A stretch of DNA of 64,000 nucleotides. Source: Desulfatiglandales bacterium. GTDB taxonomy: Bacteria; Desulfobacterota; DSM-4660; Desulfatiglandales; Desulfatiglandaceae. The stretch's first letter is position 1; every line of letters begins with the position of its first letter. Of the stretch, positions 1 to 10,179 are shown piece after piece. The position numbers were made by a program, and so were the translations under genes. The stretch is from contig OY759599.1 in NCBI GenBank assembly GCA_963662465.1, forward strand, positions 416,001 to 480,000, written 5' to 3'. The notes under the pieces are model-generated. The model did not search any database and was not told the DNA's origin. It saw only the letters and a list, made by a program, of their open reading frames with translations.

Positions 1-92
1 CTCTTCATGCCCTTCATGTTCTTCATGGTAAACCAAACAATGCATGAATCAAATTCATTCACGGGTATTGAACCTAACCTCCCCTCCATAGT

Positions 93-1763
93 TTATCCAA
101 AATACCGAATATGATATCTATACCCCTGTTCCACCAGAAAGAGCTGCCGGTTCAGCGCAAAGGTTTGTTCATCGGTTCCTTTGGACACCAGTGTATAAAA
201 ACTGGAGAGCCGGTTATTGGGACGCAGGATGCGACCCAGGCGCTGGGCCTCTTCCTGGCGAGAACCGAATGACCCGGAAATCTGGATCATCACGTTGGCG
301 TCGGGCAGGTCGATGGCGAAATTGGCAACCTTGGAAACCACCAGAATTCGGATGCGCTCTGCTTTAAATTCAGCGTACAGTTTTTCTCTTTGGTCGTGTT
401 TGGTTTTCCCCGTAATCAACGGATAGCCCAATGTTTTTGAAATCTCTTCCAATTGTGAAATATATTGCCCGATGATCAATATGTTGTCATCGGGATGATT
501 GGCGATCAAATCCCCGGCAAGTTCGATTTTCAAGGGATTTTCGGCCGCAATGCGGTATCGCTGTCGTTTGGGGGCGCCGGCATAGCGGATTTCTTCCTTT
601 CGAGGGAGCGGTATCCGGTATTCGGTGCAAATGGCTTCGGCGATGAATCCACGGTTTTCGAGGGTTTTCCATGGCACATCGTAGCGTTTGGGGCCGATCA
701 GCGCAAATACGTCATCTTCCTTGCCGTCCTCTCGGACCAGGGTTGCGGTCAGACCCAGCCGCCGTTTGGCTTGAATCGTGGTGGTGGCACGGAACACCGG
801 CGCCGGGAGCATGTGTACCTCGTCGTAAATGATCAACCCCCAGTTGTTGTGGGTGAAGATTTCCAGGTTTTTCATGGGCTCCAATTTATTCCGGCGATGG
901 GTCAGCATTTGATAGGTGGTAATGGTGACCGGCTTGATCATTTTTAACTGACCGGTGTATTCTCCAATGGATTCGGGCGTCAGGGTTGTTTTGGATAACA
1001 ACTCGTCTCGCCATTGATGCACGGAGACGTTGTTGGTGGCGATGATGAGGGTATGGCCTGAAATCCCGGCGGTGGTCCCGATGCCGATAATGGTTTTTCC
1101 GGATCCGCAGGGGAGTACAATGATACCGCTGCCCCCCGTGGAACGGCCTCCCTGATAGAATGTATCGACGGCATCCCTCTGGTAGTCCCGCAACGCAAAT
1201 GCGTTGCCGTCCGTGTCAACATTTCGCAGGGCAATATCCAGATGGGCGCCCTCGACATAACCGCAAACATCCTTTACCGGATAGCCTGCCTTGATCAGCG
1301 CTTGTTTCACATTGCCCCGGTCGCCGGCATCGATCAGCCATCCGTCTTCGGCGGGTGTCGCCCAGAAGTGTTCTAATTCGGTGTTTTGCCCGATTCGATT
1401 CAAAACGGTTTCATCGAGTACCCGCAGGCGGAGTTGCTTGTCCTCTGCCTTTTCGAGAATCAGCATGCCGTATAATCCATGCCACTCCCGCATATCGGCA
1501 AGCACATTGGCGGGGGGAGCATATCGAGAAAAGCGTATTATACCTGCCTTGATTTCCACAAATGAGGTGTTTAGCGCAGCAGCATTCCACATGGAGAGCG
1601 GCGTCACCCGATAGGTGTGAATAAATTCCGGGGATTTTACCAGTTCGGCAAATAAGGCCAGAAAGTCCCGACATTCGGCATATTGATGGTGCGCCGTTTC
1701 AAGCATGAAGGTACGATCGCTCTGGATAATCAGAGGTCCGGTTGCGGGAGTCGCATTTGTCAT
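93..1763 (-). CDS. XPB/Rad25-like superfamily 2 DNA helicase
   Basis: Walker A LPCGSGKT, DEVH box, TAT motif, QRLGRILR motif VI; N-terminal helicase-associated domain (PLIIQSD...YRVTPLSMWNA) typical of bacterial XPB. Confidence 0.9.
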   Translation of the reverse strand: MTNATPATGPLIIQSDRTFMLETAHHQYAECRDFLALFAELVKSPEFIHTYRVTPLSMWNAAALNTSFVEIKAGIIRFSRYAPPANVLADMREWHGLYGMLILEKAEDKQLRLRVLDETVLNRIGQNTELEHFWATPAEDGWLIDAGDRGNVKQALIKAGYPVKDVCGYVEGAHLDIALRNVDTDGNAFALRDYQRDAVDTFYQGGRSTGGSGIIVLPCGSGKTIIGIGTTAGISGHTLIIATNNVSVHQWRDELLSKTTLTPESIGEYTGQLKMIKPVTITTYQMLTHRRNKLEPMKNLEIFTHNNWGLIIYDEVHMLPAPVFRATTTIQAKRRLGLTATLVREDGKEDDVFALIGPKRYDVPWKTLENRGFIAEAICTEYRIPLPRKEEIRYAGAPKRQRYRIAAENPLKIELAGDLIANHPDDNILIIGQYISQLEEISKTLGYPLITGKTKHDQREKLYAEFKAERIRILVVSKVANFAIDLPDANVMIQISGSFGSRQEEAQRLGRILRPNNRLSSFYTLVSKGTDEQTFALNRQLFLVEQGYRYHIRYFG

Positions 1764-3469
1764 GACATCGACCCCACGATCTTGATTTGATACCTTTTTT
1801 TCAATTGATTCATGACCCCATTCAATTGCTTTTTTTGTTCGGCGGCGTAGGTGATGGATCGTTTGGTTTTATTGATTTCAACGGTGCATTTTTCTCTAAT
1901 CAGTGCCTTTACAAAGGCATCCAGAAACTGATCGGTTTCGAAAAACAGGGTGACAAAGGATTTTTGGGTGATGGTCATCAGCGCTTTGGTTTCGGTTTTC
2001 TTCCCTTTCTCCATTTTCCGGGTGAAAACCGATTTCACGCCATCCGGAGGGGCCGTAAAAGCATTGGATCCATGCGTTATCAGCACGGGAACCCGTCGGT
2101 CTTTTTCGAGCCTGGAAAAGAGCGTATCCGGTGATCGGACCAGTCGAAGGCCCGGCGACAGGGCTTCCAATTCAAAGTCTTTTAGGAGCGGTGGTAAATC
2201 ATTTCCTTCGTGCAATCCGCAGCCCCGGTATAAAATGAAGGTTTCCGAATGGCCGGCCCACTCATTCAGTTCCGCGGCAATGTTCGGAGGAAGGGGATTG
2301 TGGGTCAACTCCTGGAGATATCTTTTCAAATCCAGAGATTTGCCATCAGCCATATATTCAACCGCTTTCATTCGGTTTAATTTCAATATGCAAATTCTGT
2401 CGGAAGTCACAAGATCTGAAAAGAGCGTGAGTCTGTTCAGCATGGATGCCGGATAAAATTCGGATTCCAGATGGATTTCATGGTTGGGGTGAACCGTGAC
2501 ACGCGGTTCAGAAATCTCTCCGTTCATGAGTCGCGGAAAACATTCATTGATTTTGAATGCCTTCTGTTTTCCCATGGAAGGACTTTTTCCAGGGTTGATG
2601 GGCATGCCGTATGCCAGGTCCACATACCCCAGGGTTAAGGGGATATTTTCCAGGAACCGTTCCACAAAGCGGCCCTCCACCCTTTCGAAGGCATCTGGGT
2701 CCTTTTCAGATATTTTTTCATTCTTGTTCATTTGCTTGTCATGTTCTGAAAAATTGCAGTAGCGGCCCTGTTCTTTTTGCCATTTGTACTGGTAGGTGGG
2801 TTCTTTGGGAATCAAAAAAAACGGGTGCGCTGCTTTAAGATATCGAACCAGGGATGCGGTTTCATACCAGACGCCCGGCTTACAGGTTTTCAAACAACGG
2901 AACAGAAATTTTCTTACGTTGTCGAATTTGATGCCGGGCATGACGCCCCCGGCGCATCCCATGCTTGAAAATGTGTCGAGCCTGCCGAAAAATGATCTGC
3001 TGAAAAATTCGTTGTAACCCGCTGCAAATTCCCCAATCAGGGTATCGAATATGAATTGCTCCTGCTTCTGTAACGGCAATGCGAGAAACCGTTGATAGGC
3101 TTGATCATTGAAGTCAATATAATTATCAGGAAAGGCAGGCGATGCACTCGAATATCCCAGGTATTCTCCTTTCGTGTCATAGTTTGTAAAGCCGAGGGCC
3201 AGGGCCAACTCATCGATAAAATTCACCCAGGTGGATTCACCGTCTTCGTTGATTTCAGCCACGGCATCGGGATTAGCAAGCAAATTGGCGATACGCTTGG
3301 CATCCGCTTTGGGTATTTTGTTTTCACGTACGGATCGTTTGATCAGTCGATTTTGGATATGATCCACATAGAGGTGCAAATCCTTGCGAAGGTTAACCTT
3401 GACGGAACATTTTTCATAAGGGTCGACATTAATTATTTTTAATGCTGGTGATGCTGTTTTTTTATGCAT
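1760..3469 (-). CDS. Hypothetical protein with XPB-N-terminal-like (helicase-associated) domain
   Basis: 569 aa ORF, 4-bp overlap with helicase; segment RVTVHPNHEI...LPPNIAAELNEW resembles the helicase's own N-terminal domain. Confidence 0.6.
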   Translation of the reverse strand: MHKKTASPALKIINVDPYEKCSVKVNLRKDLHLYVDHIQNRLIKRSVRENKIPKADAKRIANLLANPDAVAEINEDGESTWVNFIDELALALGFTNYDTKGEYLGYSSASPAFPDNYIDFNDQAYQRFLALPLQKQEQFIFDTLIGEFAAGYNEFFSRSFFGRLDTFSSMGCAGGVMPGIKFDNVRKFLFRCLKTCKPGVWYETASLVRYLKAAHPFFLIPKEPTYQYKWQKEQGRYCNFSEHDKQMNKNEKISEKDPDAFERVEGRFVERFLENIPLTLGYVDLAYGMPINPGKSPSMGKQKAFKINECFPRLMNGEISEPRVTVHPNHEIHLESEFYPASMLNRLTLFSDLVTSDRICILKLNRMKAVEYMADGKSLDLKRYLQELTHNPLPPNIAAELNEWAGHSETFILYRGCGLHEGNDLPPLLKDFELEALSPGLRLVRSPDTLFSRLEKDRRVPVLITHGSNAFTAPPDGVKSVFTRKMEKGKKTETKALMTITQKSFVTLFFETDQFLDAFVKALIREKCTVEINKTKRSITYAAEQKKQLNGVMNQLKKRYQIKIVGSMS

Positions 3470-3497
3470 AATGGTTTATGTCTTTCAGGAAGGTGGA

Positions 3498-4874
3498 TCA
3501 AAGGGTTTTTATCGCAAATCCGTTTCGGGTTACGAGGGTTTCAACTTGACTCAATAATGCTTCGGGAAAAGCAATAAAATCACCCGGTAAAAAGAGGATC
3601 GTTTCATCCTTAAGAAACTTTTCCAGGGTTACTTTCAACCCGATGTTTTTCACTTTTGCAATCATCAGATTCCCATGAACCAGATGTTTTCCCCAGCGTG
3701 CTGAAACGGTTTGAAACGCCTTTCTAAAAGCTTCGGCTGTTTCAGCCAGCCATGTGGTCAGGGGAATTTCCCGGATTTCATGGAGAATCTGACCCATCCG
3801 GATGATGTCAGGCGATGCCGTCAAACACCCGTCGTGCAATTGGAACAGGGCGATTCGGGATACTATCTCCAGGTGCTTCAACGGGATGGTTTCGAGATCC
3901 ACCCTGATGCGGCCCGCGTCATCCACATGCAGATAATCCCCGTAACGCGGATCATCCCCTATTTCCAGAAATGCCCGGGCAGGCCGATACCATGTTTTGC
4001 CGTTGGCTTTTTGGCGAACCAAACAGGCTTTTTCCCAGCCGCGGTGGAAAACCTCATGAATATCCAGATTGCTCCCCTTGCCGCAGAAAATCTCAAATAT
4101 CGGTTTCAATTCAACCGGTTCGATCCATTGATCCGGACCAAGCAGGGAAAAGGCATAATTCAGCGTGGCCATGGGGGAGAGATAATGATGCAAATGATCG
4201 GCATACTCGAGATTTGGTACGGTGCATGCGGCCCATTCCCGTTGTTGCCATAAGCGAAAGGCATCAGTTTTGAACTCGCTTTCTCCCATCAGCAATACGC
4301 CTGCTTTCAAATCCCACTCAAATGGATTTTTCTTGCTCGCGGCAACAGGATCGAGAAGTTGATGAAGTTTTGCTCGGACAAAAGGGTCATTGAATTTACC
4401 CTGACCCGGCAACACGGTCAGTGATTCAAAAGGGGAAGGGAGATGGGCGTGCAGTTCTTCCGGAAATCCGAATATAAGCTGTTCCAATTTGGTTTTCTTG
4501 TGCGATAGGGACGGGTCGGTGGAAAACACCAGAACCCCGTTGCGAATCAGGCGTGTTTTGATGTGTTTAAAAACATGCCCATATCGTTGATTAAAGGTGT
4601 TGCTCCAACTGGATTTCTCTTCCGTCAGTCGTGCGAATACGGTAATATTCACGGGCTTTTTGATGCATTTTAGGAAATGGAGCAGGATGATTTCCTTACG
4701 GGTCAACCGGTTGAAAGCCGATGTTAAACCGACGGGGGAGATGAGAAGGTTTTCAAGAAGTCCGGGGGACACCGCATCGGCAAGCGAAAATCCTCGTGCC
4801 TTGCATATGGCCTTGGTATCGGCGGCGGCTAATTCCATTTTGCACATTCGTGCTGCGATTTCGGCTGTTTCCAT
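3498..4874 (-). CDS. Hypothetical protein, first gene of the XPB operon
   Basis: 458 aa ORF, co-oriented and 28 bp from the next gene; no catalytic motif recognised. Confidence 0.6.
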   Translation of the reverse strand: METAEIAARMCKMELAAADTKAICKARGFSLADAVSPGLLENLLISPVGLTSAFNRLTRKEIILLHFLKCIKKPVNITVFARLTEEKSSWSNTFNQRYGHVFKHIKTRLIRNGVLVFSTDPSLSHKKTKLEQLIFGFPEELHAHLPSPFESLTVLPGQGKFNDPFVRAKLHQLLDPVAASKKNPFEWDLKAGVLLMGESEFKTDAFRLWQQREWAACTVPNLEYADHLHHYLSPMATLNYAFSLLGPDQWIEPVELKPIFEIFCGKGSNLDIHEVFHRGWEKACLVRQKANGKTWYRPARAFLEIGDDPRYGDYLHVDDAGRIRVDLETIPLKHLEIVSRIALFQLHDGCLTASPDIIRMGQILHEIREIPLTTWLAETAEAFRKAFQTVSARWGKHLVHGNLMIAKVKNIGLKVTLEKFLKDETILFLPGDFIAFPEALLSQVETLVTRNGFAIKTL

Positions 4875-4943
4875 ATTAATAAGGCATTTGTTCCAGTAGT
4901 GTTAAAGGGATTGTCGGAACCGGTTTTATTCTTCAATTTCTTG

Positions 4944-5051
4944 TCAAAATAGGGGGAGAATCAAAAACTTTGCGGCAACCGATAAAATTACCATAATCGC
5001 CATCCAGATGATGGCCGCAACGATGATTCCTTTGGCTTTTTTCTCCCCCAT
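4944..5051 (-). pseudogene. Short single-TM ORF, probably a frameshifted 5' remnant of a membrane-anchored protein
   Basis: RBS-like GAGG then MGEKKAKGIIVAAIIWMAIMVILSVAAKFLILP; removing one C from the C run continues as YFDKKLKNKTGSD. Confidence 0.3.
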
Positions 5052-5395
5052 GGGGACCGCCTCTTGAAGCACAATGCTTTTTCCTTTCAACGCCTTTATG
5101 GTTTTGATATTTGAACGTGCCACCAGATGGTCCCCGACCGAAAGAGATATGACACAAATCCATTTGGGTGTCAACTTGCAAAAACTATTTGATATTCCAG
5201 TATATTGCACTTTTGAGGGCAAAACGGGGATTATTTGTGGAAATCCATTGCGAGAGGGCAAAGACGTTATGCCGAGGGCTGCTTAAAGACAACTTTGGTC
5301 TTTACCCTGCTCATACATTTTGTATATACTCAAAAAGTGTATATATTCAGATTACCGAAAACAAACAACTTAAAAGTCATTAAAATAAATTCATT

Positions 5396-6853
5396 ATGCA
5401 TTATTCTTCCTTTGCGCGGGTTCTGGGAACACTCCTGCTGGTGACCGGCGGTTCCATGCTGTTTCCCTGCCTTTGTTCTTTGTATTACCGAGAAGGAGAC
5501 CTGTTCGCTATTCTGATTTCCGCCTTTATTACAATGGGCATGGGATTTCCGTTGTGGTGGTTTTTCAGAAGAGACTATGATCTGGGGATCAAGGACGGAA
5601 TTGCGCTGGCGGTTTTTGGATGGATTCTGGTGTCCTCGCTTTCCGCGCTGCCGTTCATGATTCACGGGTCCATTCCTTCTTTTACGGACGCATTTTTTGA
5701 AATGATGTCCGGTTACACCACCACCGGCGCCACCATCTTGACGGATATCGAGCGGGTACCCCACGGTCTTTTATTCTGGCGAAGTGAGACCCATTTGCTG
5801 GGGGGAATGGGGTTTTTGACCCTGACGCTCATTTTTCTGCCCCATGGGGTAGGAGGACTCCGCATCTTTCGGGCGGAATCCTCCCCCGGTCAGATTATTA
5901 CCAAAGAACGGTTTAAGGCGCGAAATCGGGATACCATGATCTGGTTATGGGGGATCTATCTGGCGCTGAATCTGATGGAAATCATTTTGCTGTGCCTGGC
6001 CGGCATGGGCCTTTTTGACTCCCTTTGCACCGCTTTCGGCACTGTCTCCACATCCGGTTATTCTACCTGGAACTCGAGCATCGGGCATTACAACAACCCC
6101 TATTATGACTGGATCGTTATCATCTTCATGTTTTTGGGAGGGGTCACCTTCGTCCTGTTTTATCAGATATTGCACGGGGACTGGCGGGCGCTCAAAATCA
6201 ACACGGAGTTCCGGTGGTATATGGGTTTCATGGTGTTTTTCTGCGGGATGGTGTCGTGGATTCTCTGGAAGGAAAACACCTATCCCACCCTCATGGAGTC
6301 TATACGGTTTGGAACTTTTCAGGTCGCTTCTCTTTTGACCACCACGGGGTTCACCACGGCAGACTATGAACAGTGGCCCCAGGCCGCCCAGATGTTTCTC
6401 TTCGTGGTTTGTTTCATCGGCGCCTGCGCCGGGTCCACCACCAGCGGCATCAAAGTGGTCCATTACGTGGTCATTTGTAAATACATGTATGCGGCCATTC
6501 GAAAAATATTCCTGCAACCCATGTCGGTCATGAGTATCCGGTTGAACCAGCGGCCCGTGGATTCGTCCATTATCGACCTTTCCGTCTGTTATTTCATCGT
6601 CAATATCTTCATGGTGCTCGTGGGCGGGTGTGTGATGGTGCTGCTGGACCACATGGACTATCTGACCGGCATCAGTTCCGTCATCGCATCCCTGATGAAC
6701 ATCGGCCCGGGGTTCGGCGCCATCGGCGCATCGGAAAACTATGCCCATATTTCCGTTGCAGGCAAGTGGTTCCTGGCATGGAACATGATGGTGGGTCGGC
6801 TGGAAATGTTTTCGGCCCTGGTTATTTTCTATCCGTCATTCTGGAAAAAATAG
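5396..6853 (+). CDS. trkH: Trk potassium uptake membrane protein
   Basis: Multi-TM protein with SGYTTTGAT, TTTGF, GSTTSGIK, NIGPG and GRLE pore motifs. Confidence 0.93.
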   Translation: MHYSSFARVLGTLLLVTGGSMLFPCLCSLYYREGDLFAILISAFITMGMGFPLWWFFRRDYDLGIKDGIALAVFGWILVSSLSALPFMIHGSIPSFTDAFFEMMSGYTTTGATILTDIERVPHGLLFWRSETHLLGGMGFLTLTLIFLPHGVGGLRIFRAESSPGQIITKERFKARNRDTMIWLWGIYLALNLMEIILLCLAGMGLFDSLCTAFGTVSTSGYSTWNSSIGHYNNPYYDWIVIIFMFLGGVTFVLFYQILHGDWRALKINTEFRWYMGFMVFFCGMVSWILWKENTYPTLMESIRFGTFQVASLLTTTGFTTADYEQWPQAAQMFLFVVCFIGACAGSTTSGIKVVHYVVICKYMYAAIRKIFLQPMSVMSIRLNQRPVDSSIIDLSVCYFIVNIFMVLVGGCVMVLLDHMDYLTGISSVIASLMNIGPGFGAIGASENYAHISVAGKWFLAWNMMVGRLEMFSALVIFYPSFWKK

Positions 6854-6856
6854 AAC

Positions 6857-8263
6857 CTATTCCAGAAACAGTTGCTGAACATCTTTTAGATTGAGAGACA
6901 TGCAGATAACGATCGCCCTTTCGTTTTCCCGGATATGGGTGTCGCCCACCGCCGTTCGCCATCGTCCATCGCGAAAGACGCCGCCGATGAGAATTTTGCC
7001 ATAAAATGATGGGTCCAGCTTTGAAAGAGGGCGGCGCGTGATGGGAGAATTAGGCGCCGCCGCCAGTTCAACCACTTCGGCGTCAAATCCATGAAGGTGG
7101 ACTACGGAAATCAGTTCCCCTCTTCGGATGAATTTCAGGATTTCGTTTCCCGCCAGGATCTTTTTATTCAGCGCGATATCGCTGCCGCTGGTTGTGGCCA
7201 GCACCAGATATTCTTCCTTGGTACACAGAGAAATGGTTTTGGTTTGCGTTTCGCTCCCATTGCCGTTTCGGGTTTCCATCAGGCGTTTGGCCATCAGGCT
7301 GCTCAAAATATTGGTCTCATTTTCGCCGGTGGCCGTGATAAAGGTATCCATGTCGCTAAGTCCCGCGGACTGAAGCACTTCCAGTTCCGTACCGTCCCCG
7401 TGCAACACCTCCGTATTATTGAGCGTAAAAGAGAGTTCTTCGGCGCGTTCCTGATCCTTTTCAATAAGTTTGACCTGAACGGATTTTTCAAGCAGTTCCG
7501 CAACGCGGCTTCCTACCAGACCCCCGCCCAGGATCATCACCCGATGGCGGCGTTGTTCTTTGACGCCGGTCAAGGCCATCAAGCGGGGCAGATTTTCTTT
7601 TGCGGCCATGATGAAGACCTGGTCGTGAGGTAGAATTTCATGGTCTCCACCGGGTATGATGGTGGTGATGCCCCGGGCGACGGCTACCACGCGAAACGGA
7701 AATTCATGGTGAATTTGCGAAATTTCCTTCAATTTTTTAAACGCAAGAGGTGAACCATCGTGGATGCGGGTCGCCATCATCTGCATTTGCCCATCGGCGA
7801 TATCGATGATTTCGTTGCCCGCCGTCAGTTTAATGAGACGTACAATTTCCTGTGCCGCCAGTTCTTCCGGATGAATGATCATGTCGATTTTTAAATCATC
7901 GGCGGTCAGAACCGAGTGTCGGATGCCGAATTCCAGTGATCGAACCCGAGCAATTTTAAGGGGGATGCCGAAACGATCGGCAATCAGGGAAGACAACATA
8001 TTGATGGCGTCATTATCCGTAACCGCGATGAGCAGATCCATCGCCTGCGCTTCCGCTTCTTTCCAGCAGTCGATGCTCATGGCCGTCCCTTGAATCAACC
8101 GGGCATCCATATGCCCTTCGGCATAGGCCAGCAGTTTTCCACTGGGCTCGATGGCGGTTATGGCATGCCCCTCATGCACGAGCCGTTTTGCCAGATACAA
8201 CCCGACCCCCCCGAGTCCGAGAATCAGGATATTTTTAGAACGGTCTTTTTTCTTTTCAAACAT
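6857..8263 (-). CDS. trkA: Trk potassium uptake regulatory subunit
   Basis: Two RCK N/C repeats with GLGGVG and GGGLVG NAD-binding motifs, 468 aa. Confidence 0.92.
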   Translation of the reverse strand: MFEKKKDRSKNILILGLGGVGLYLAKRLVHEGHAITAIEPSGKLLAYAEGHMDARLIQGTAMSIDCWKEAEAQAMDLLIAVTDNDAINMLSSLIADRFGIPLKIARVRSLEFGIRHSVLTADDLKIDMIIHPEELAAQEIVRLIKLTAGNEIIDIADGQMQMMATRIHDGSPLAFKKLKEISQIHHEFPFRVVAVARGITTIIPGGDHEILPHDQVFIMAAKENLPRLMALTGVKEQRRHRVMILGGGLVGSRVAELLEKSVQVKLIEKDQERAEELSFTLNNTEVLHGDGTELEVLQSAGLSDMDTFITATGENETNILSSLMAKRLMETRNGNGSETQTKTISLCTKEEYLVLATTSGSDIALNKKILAGNEILKFIRRGELISVVHLHGFDAEVVELAAAPNSPITRRPLSKLDPSFYGKILIGGVFRDGRWRTAVGDTHIRENERAIVICMSLNLKDVQQLFLE

Positions 8264-8553
8264 GTGCTTCCATACACTCTTTAAAAAATTGCTTTTGGCA
8301 CCCGAAAATATATAAAGATATTCAGTCTTGTCAAGATGGATGGCAATGTTGTGTGGCGTTTCGTCTCGGCGCCTTTGTGGTTTTAGGCCGGCTTCAGGTC
8401 ATTCGAGTGTGTTTTGAGGTAAGTTTCAGTGACTTGAACCCCAATTTTTTCCGCATACTATTATTGACAATTCAAAGATGATCTGAGATTCTGTTTCCCT
8501 GCATCAGGTTTCAGGGCGGTTGCTCAATATACCCCCGCAAAAAAGGCGATGTC

Positions 8554-10050
8554 ATGAAATCATTTATTAATTTCCTTCTTGATTTAAATGTCTGGGTCAT
8601 GTTCCTGTTTTCCGTGTTGGGCGCCGTTCTTTTTTCCGTGCTGCTCGGTTTCATATTGAATGCCCTTTTCTACGATGGAACAAACAATCTATTGATGCTG
8701 GGGGCGATCGTAATACCGGCGATCGATGCGCCGGTTTTTATCATTTTGTTGATCATTCTTATTCGAGAACATCGAAAACTGCGGTCTGAACTGGATCATC
8801 GGGTGAAAGAGAGAACGCTCGAACTTGAAATTGCTTACAAACAACTAAGTCAGGAAATCAAGGAACGTAAAGAGATTGAAAAAAGACTGCTGCATGCGCA
8901 TAAAATGGAGTCCATTGGGACCCTTGCAGGTGGGATTGCCCATGATTTTAATAATATTTTATCGTCCGTGATCGGTTTTACGGAGTTATCTCTGGATGAG
9001 GTTGAAAAAGGCACTAAGTTGGAAGAAAACCTTCAGGAGGTTTATATCGCCGGTAAGCGGGCCAGAGACCTCGTAAAGCAAATCCTGACATTTGCTCGGC
9101 AGGCGGAAGAAGAGGTTAAACCGATTCAAATCAGCACCATTGCAAAAGAGGTGTTGAAGCTCCTGAGATCATCTATTCCCACAACCATTGACATCAGGGG
9201 CAATATTACAAGCAATGCCCTCATTATGGGAGATCCCATCAATATTCATCAAATATTGATGAATTTATGCACCAACGCTTCTTATGCCATGGAAAAGGGA
9301 GGTGTTCTGGAAGTGAGACTGGAGGATGTCAGCATTGATGGGAATTCAGAAATTTTTAATGGACAGAAGGTCGGTCATTACGTGAAACTGACAATTTCAG
9401 ATACAGGCTCGGGAATTCCTGAAGAAAATATCGAATCTATTTTTGAACCCTATTTCACAACCAAACCTGTTGGCGAGGGGACGGGCATGGGGCTTGCCAT
9501 GGTCCATGGCATTGTCAAAAAATATGGCGGAGGAATCCTTGTGAAAAGCGAGGTGGGCAAGGGTTCTGTTTTTTCGGTCTTTTTTCCGATCACGGAGTGT
9601 GAAGACGTATCCTTGAAATACCAGACCCGGATGCTTCCGTCTGGTTCCGAGCGCATCTTATTGGTTGATGATGAACTGCCGATTGTCAAAATGGAGTGCC
9701 AGGCTTTGGAGAGCCTGGGCTATGAGGTTTCCACACGCACCAGCAGTATTGAGGCGTTGGCGCTTTTCCATGCCAGGCCGGATGATTTTGATCTGGTAAT
9801 CACCGACATGACCATGCCGAATATGACAGGGGATGAACTGGCGTCTGAAATGATGGCCATCAGACCTGATATTCCCGTAATTCTCTGTACCGGATACAGC
9901 AAACAAATATCCCCCGAAAATATCGCCGATTTGGGTATTAAGGCATTGGCCTATAAGCCCATGATAAAGTCGGAGATGGTGGAAACCGTACGAAAAGTTT
10001 TGGACGATGCCAAGAGAATGAGCACGGAAAACTCTTTTCCTCAGGTTTGA
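8554..10050 (+). CDS. Hybrid sensor histidine kinase/response regulator
   Basis: Two N-terminal TM segments, H-box AHDFNN, N-box NLCTNA, GTGMGL, C-terminal receiver (VDDE...DMTMP...KP). Confidence 0.92.
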   Translation: MKSFINFLLDLNVWVMFLFSVLGAVLFSVLLGFILNALFYDGTNNLLMLGAIVIPAIDAPVFIILLIILIREHRKLRSELDHRVKERTLELEIAYKQLSQEIKERKEIEKRLLHAHKMESIGTLAGGIAHDFNNILSSVIGFTELSLDEVEKGTKLEENLQEVYIAGKRARDLVKQILTFARQAEEEVKPIQISTIAKEVLKLLRSSIPTTIDIRGNITSNALIMGDPINIHQILMNLCTNASYAMEKGGVLEVRLEDVSIDGNSEIFNGQKVGHYVKLTISDTGSGIPEENIESIFEPYFTTKPVGEGTGMGLAMVHGIVKKYGGGILVKSEVGKGSVFSVFFPITECEDVSLKYQTRMLPSGSERILLVDDELPIVKMECQALESLGYEVSTRTSSIEALALFHARPDDFDLVITDMTMPNMTGDELASEMMAIRPDIPVILCTGYSKQISPENIADLGIKALAYKPMIKSEMVETVRKVLDDAKRMSTENSFPQV

Positions 10051-10179
10051 AGACCAATTTTCGCGCTTTTTAAAAATAATACCATTTTGTTTGCGAATAG
10101 TATATATGACAGGAAATTCTGGAATTTGTGGCACAGGCAATGTTGAGCCTGATACGATGATTGCGTTAAAAAAAACTGA

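Noticed and set aside
1..30. CTTCATG repeated three times at the window start
   Set aside because: Too short and cut by the window edge to interpret.
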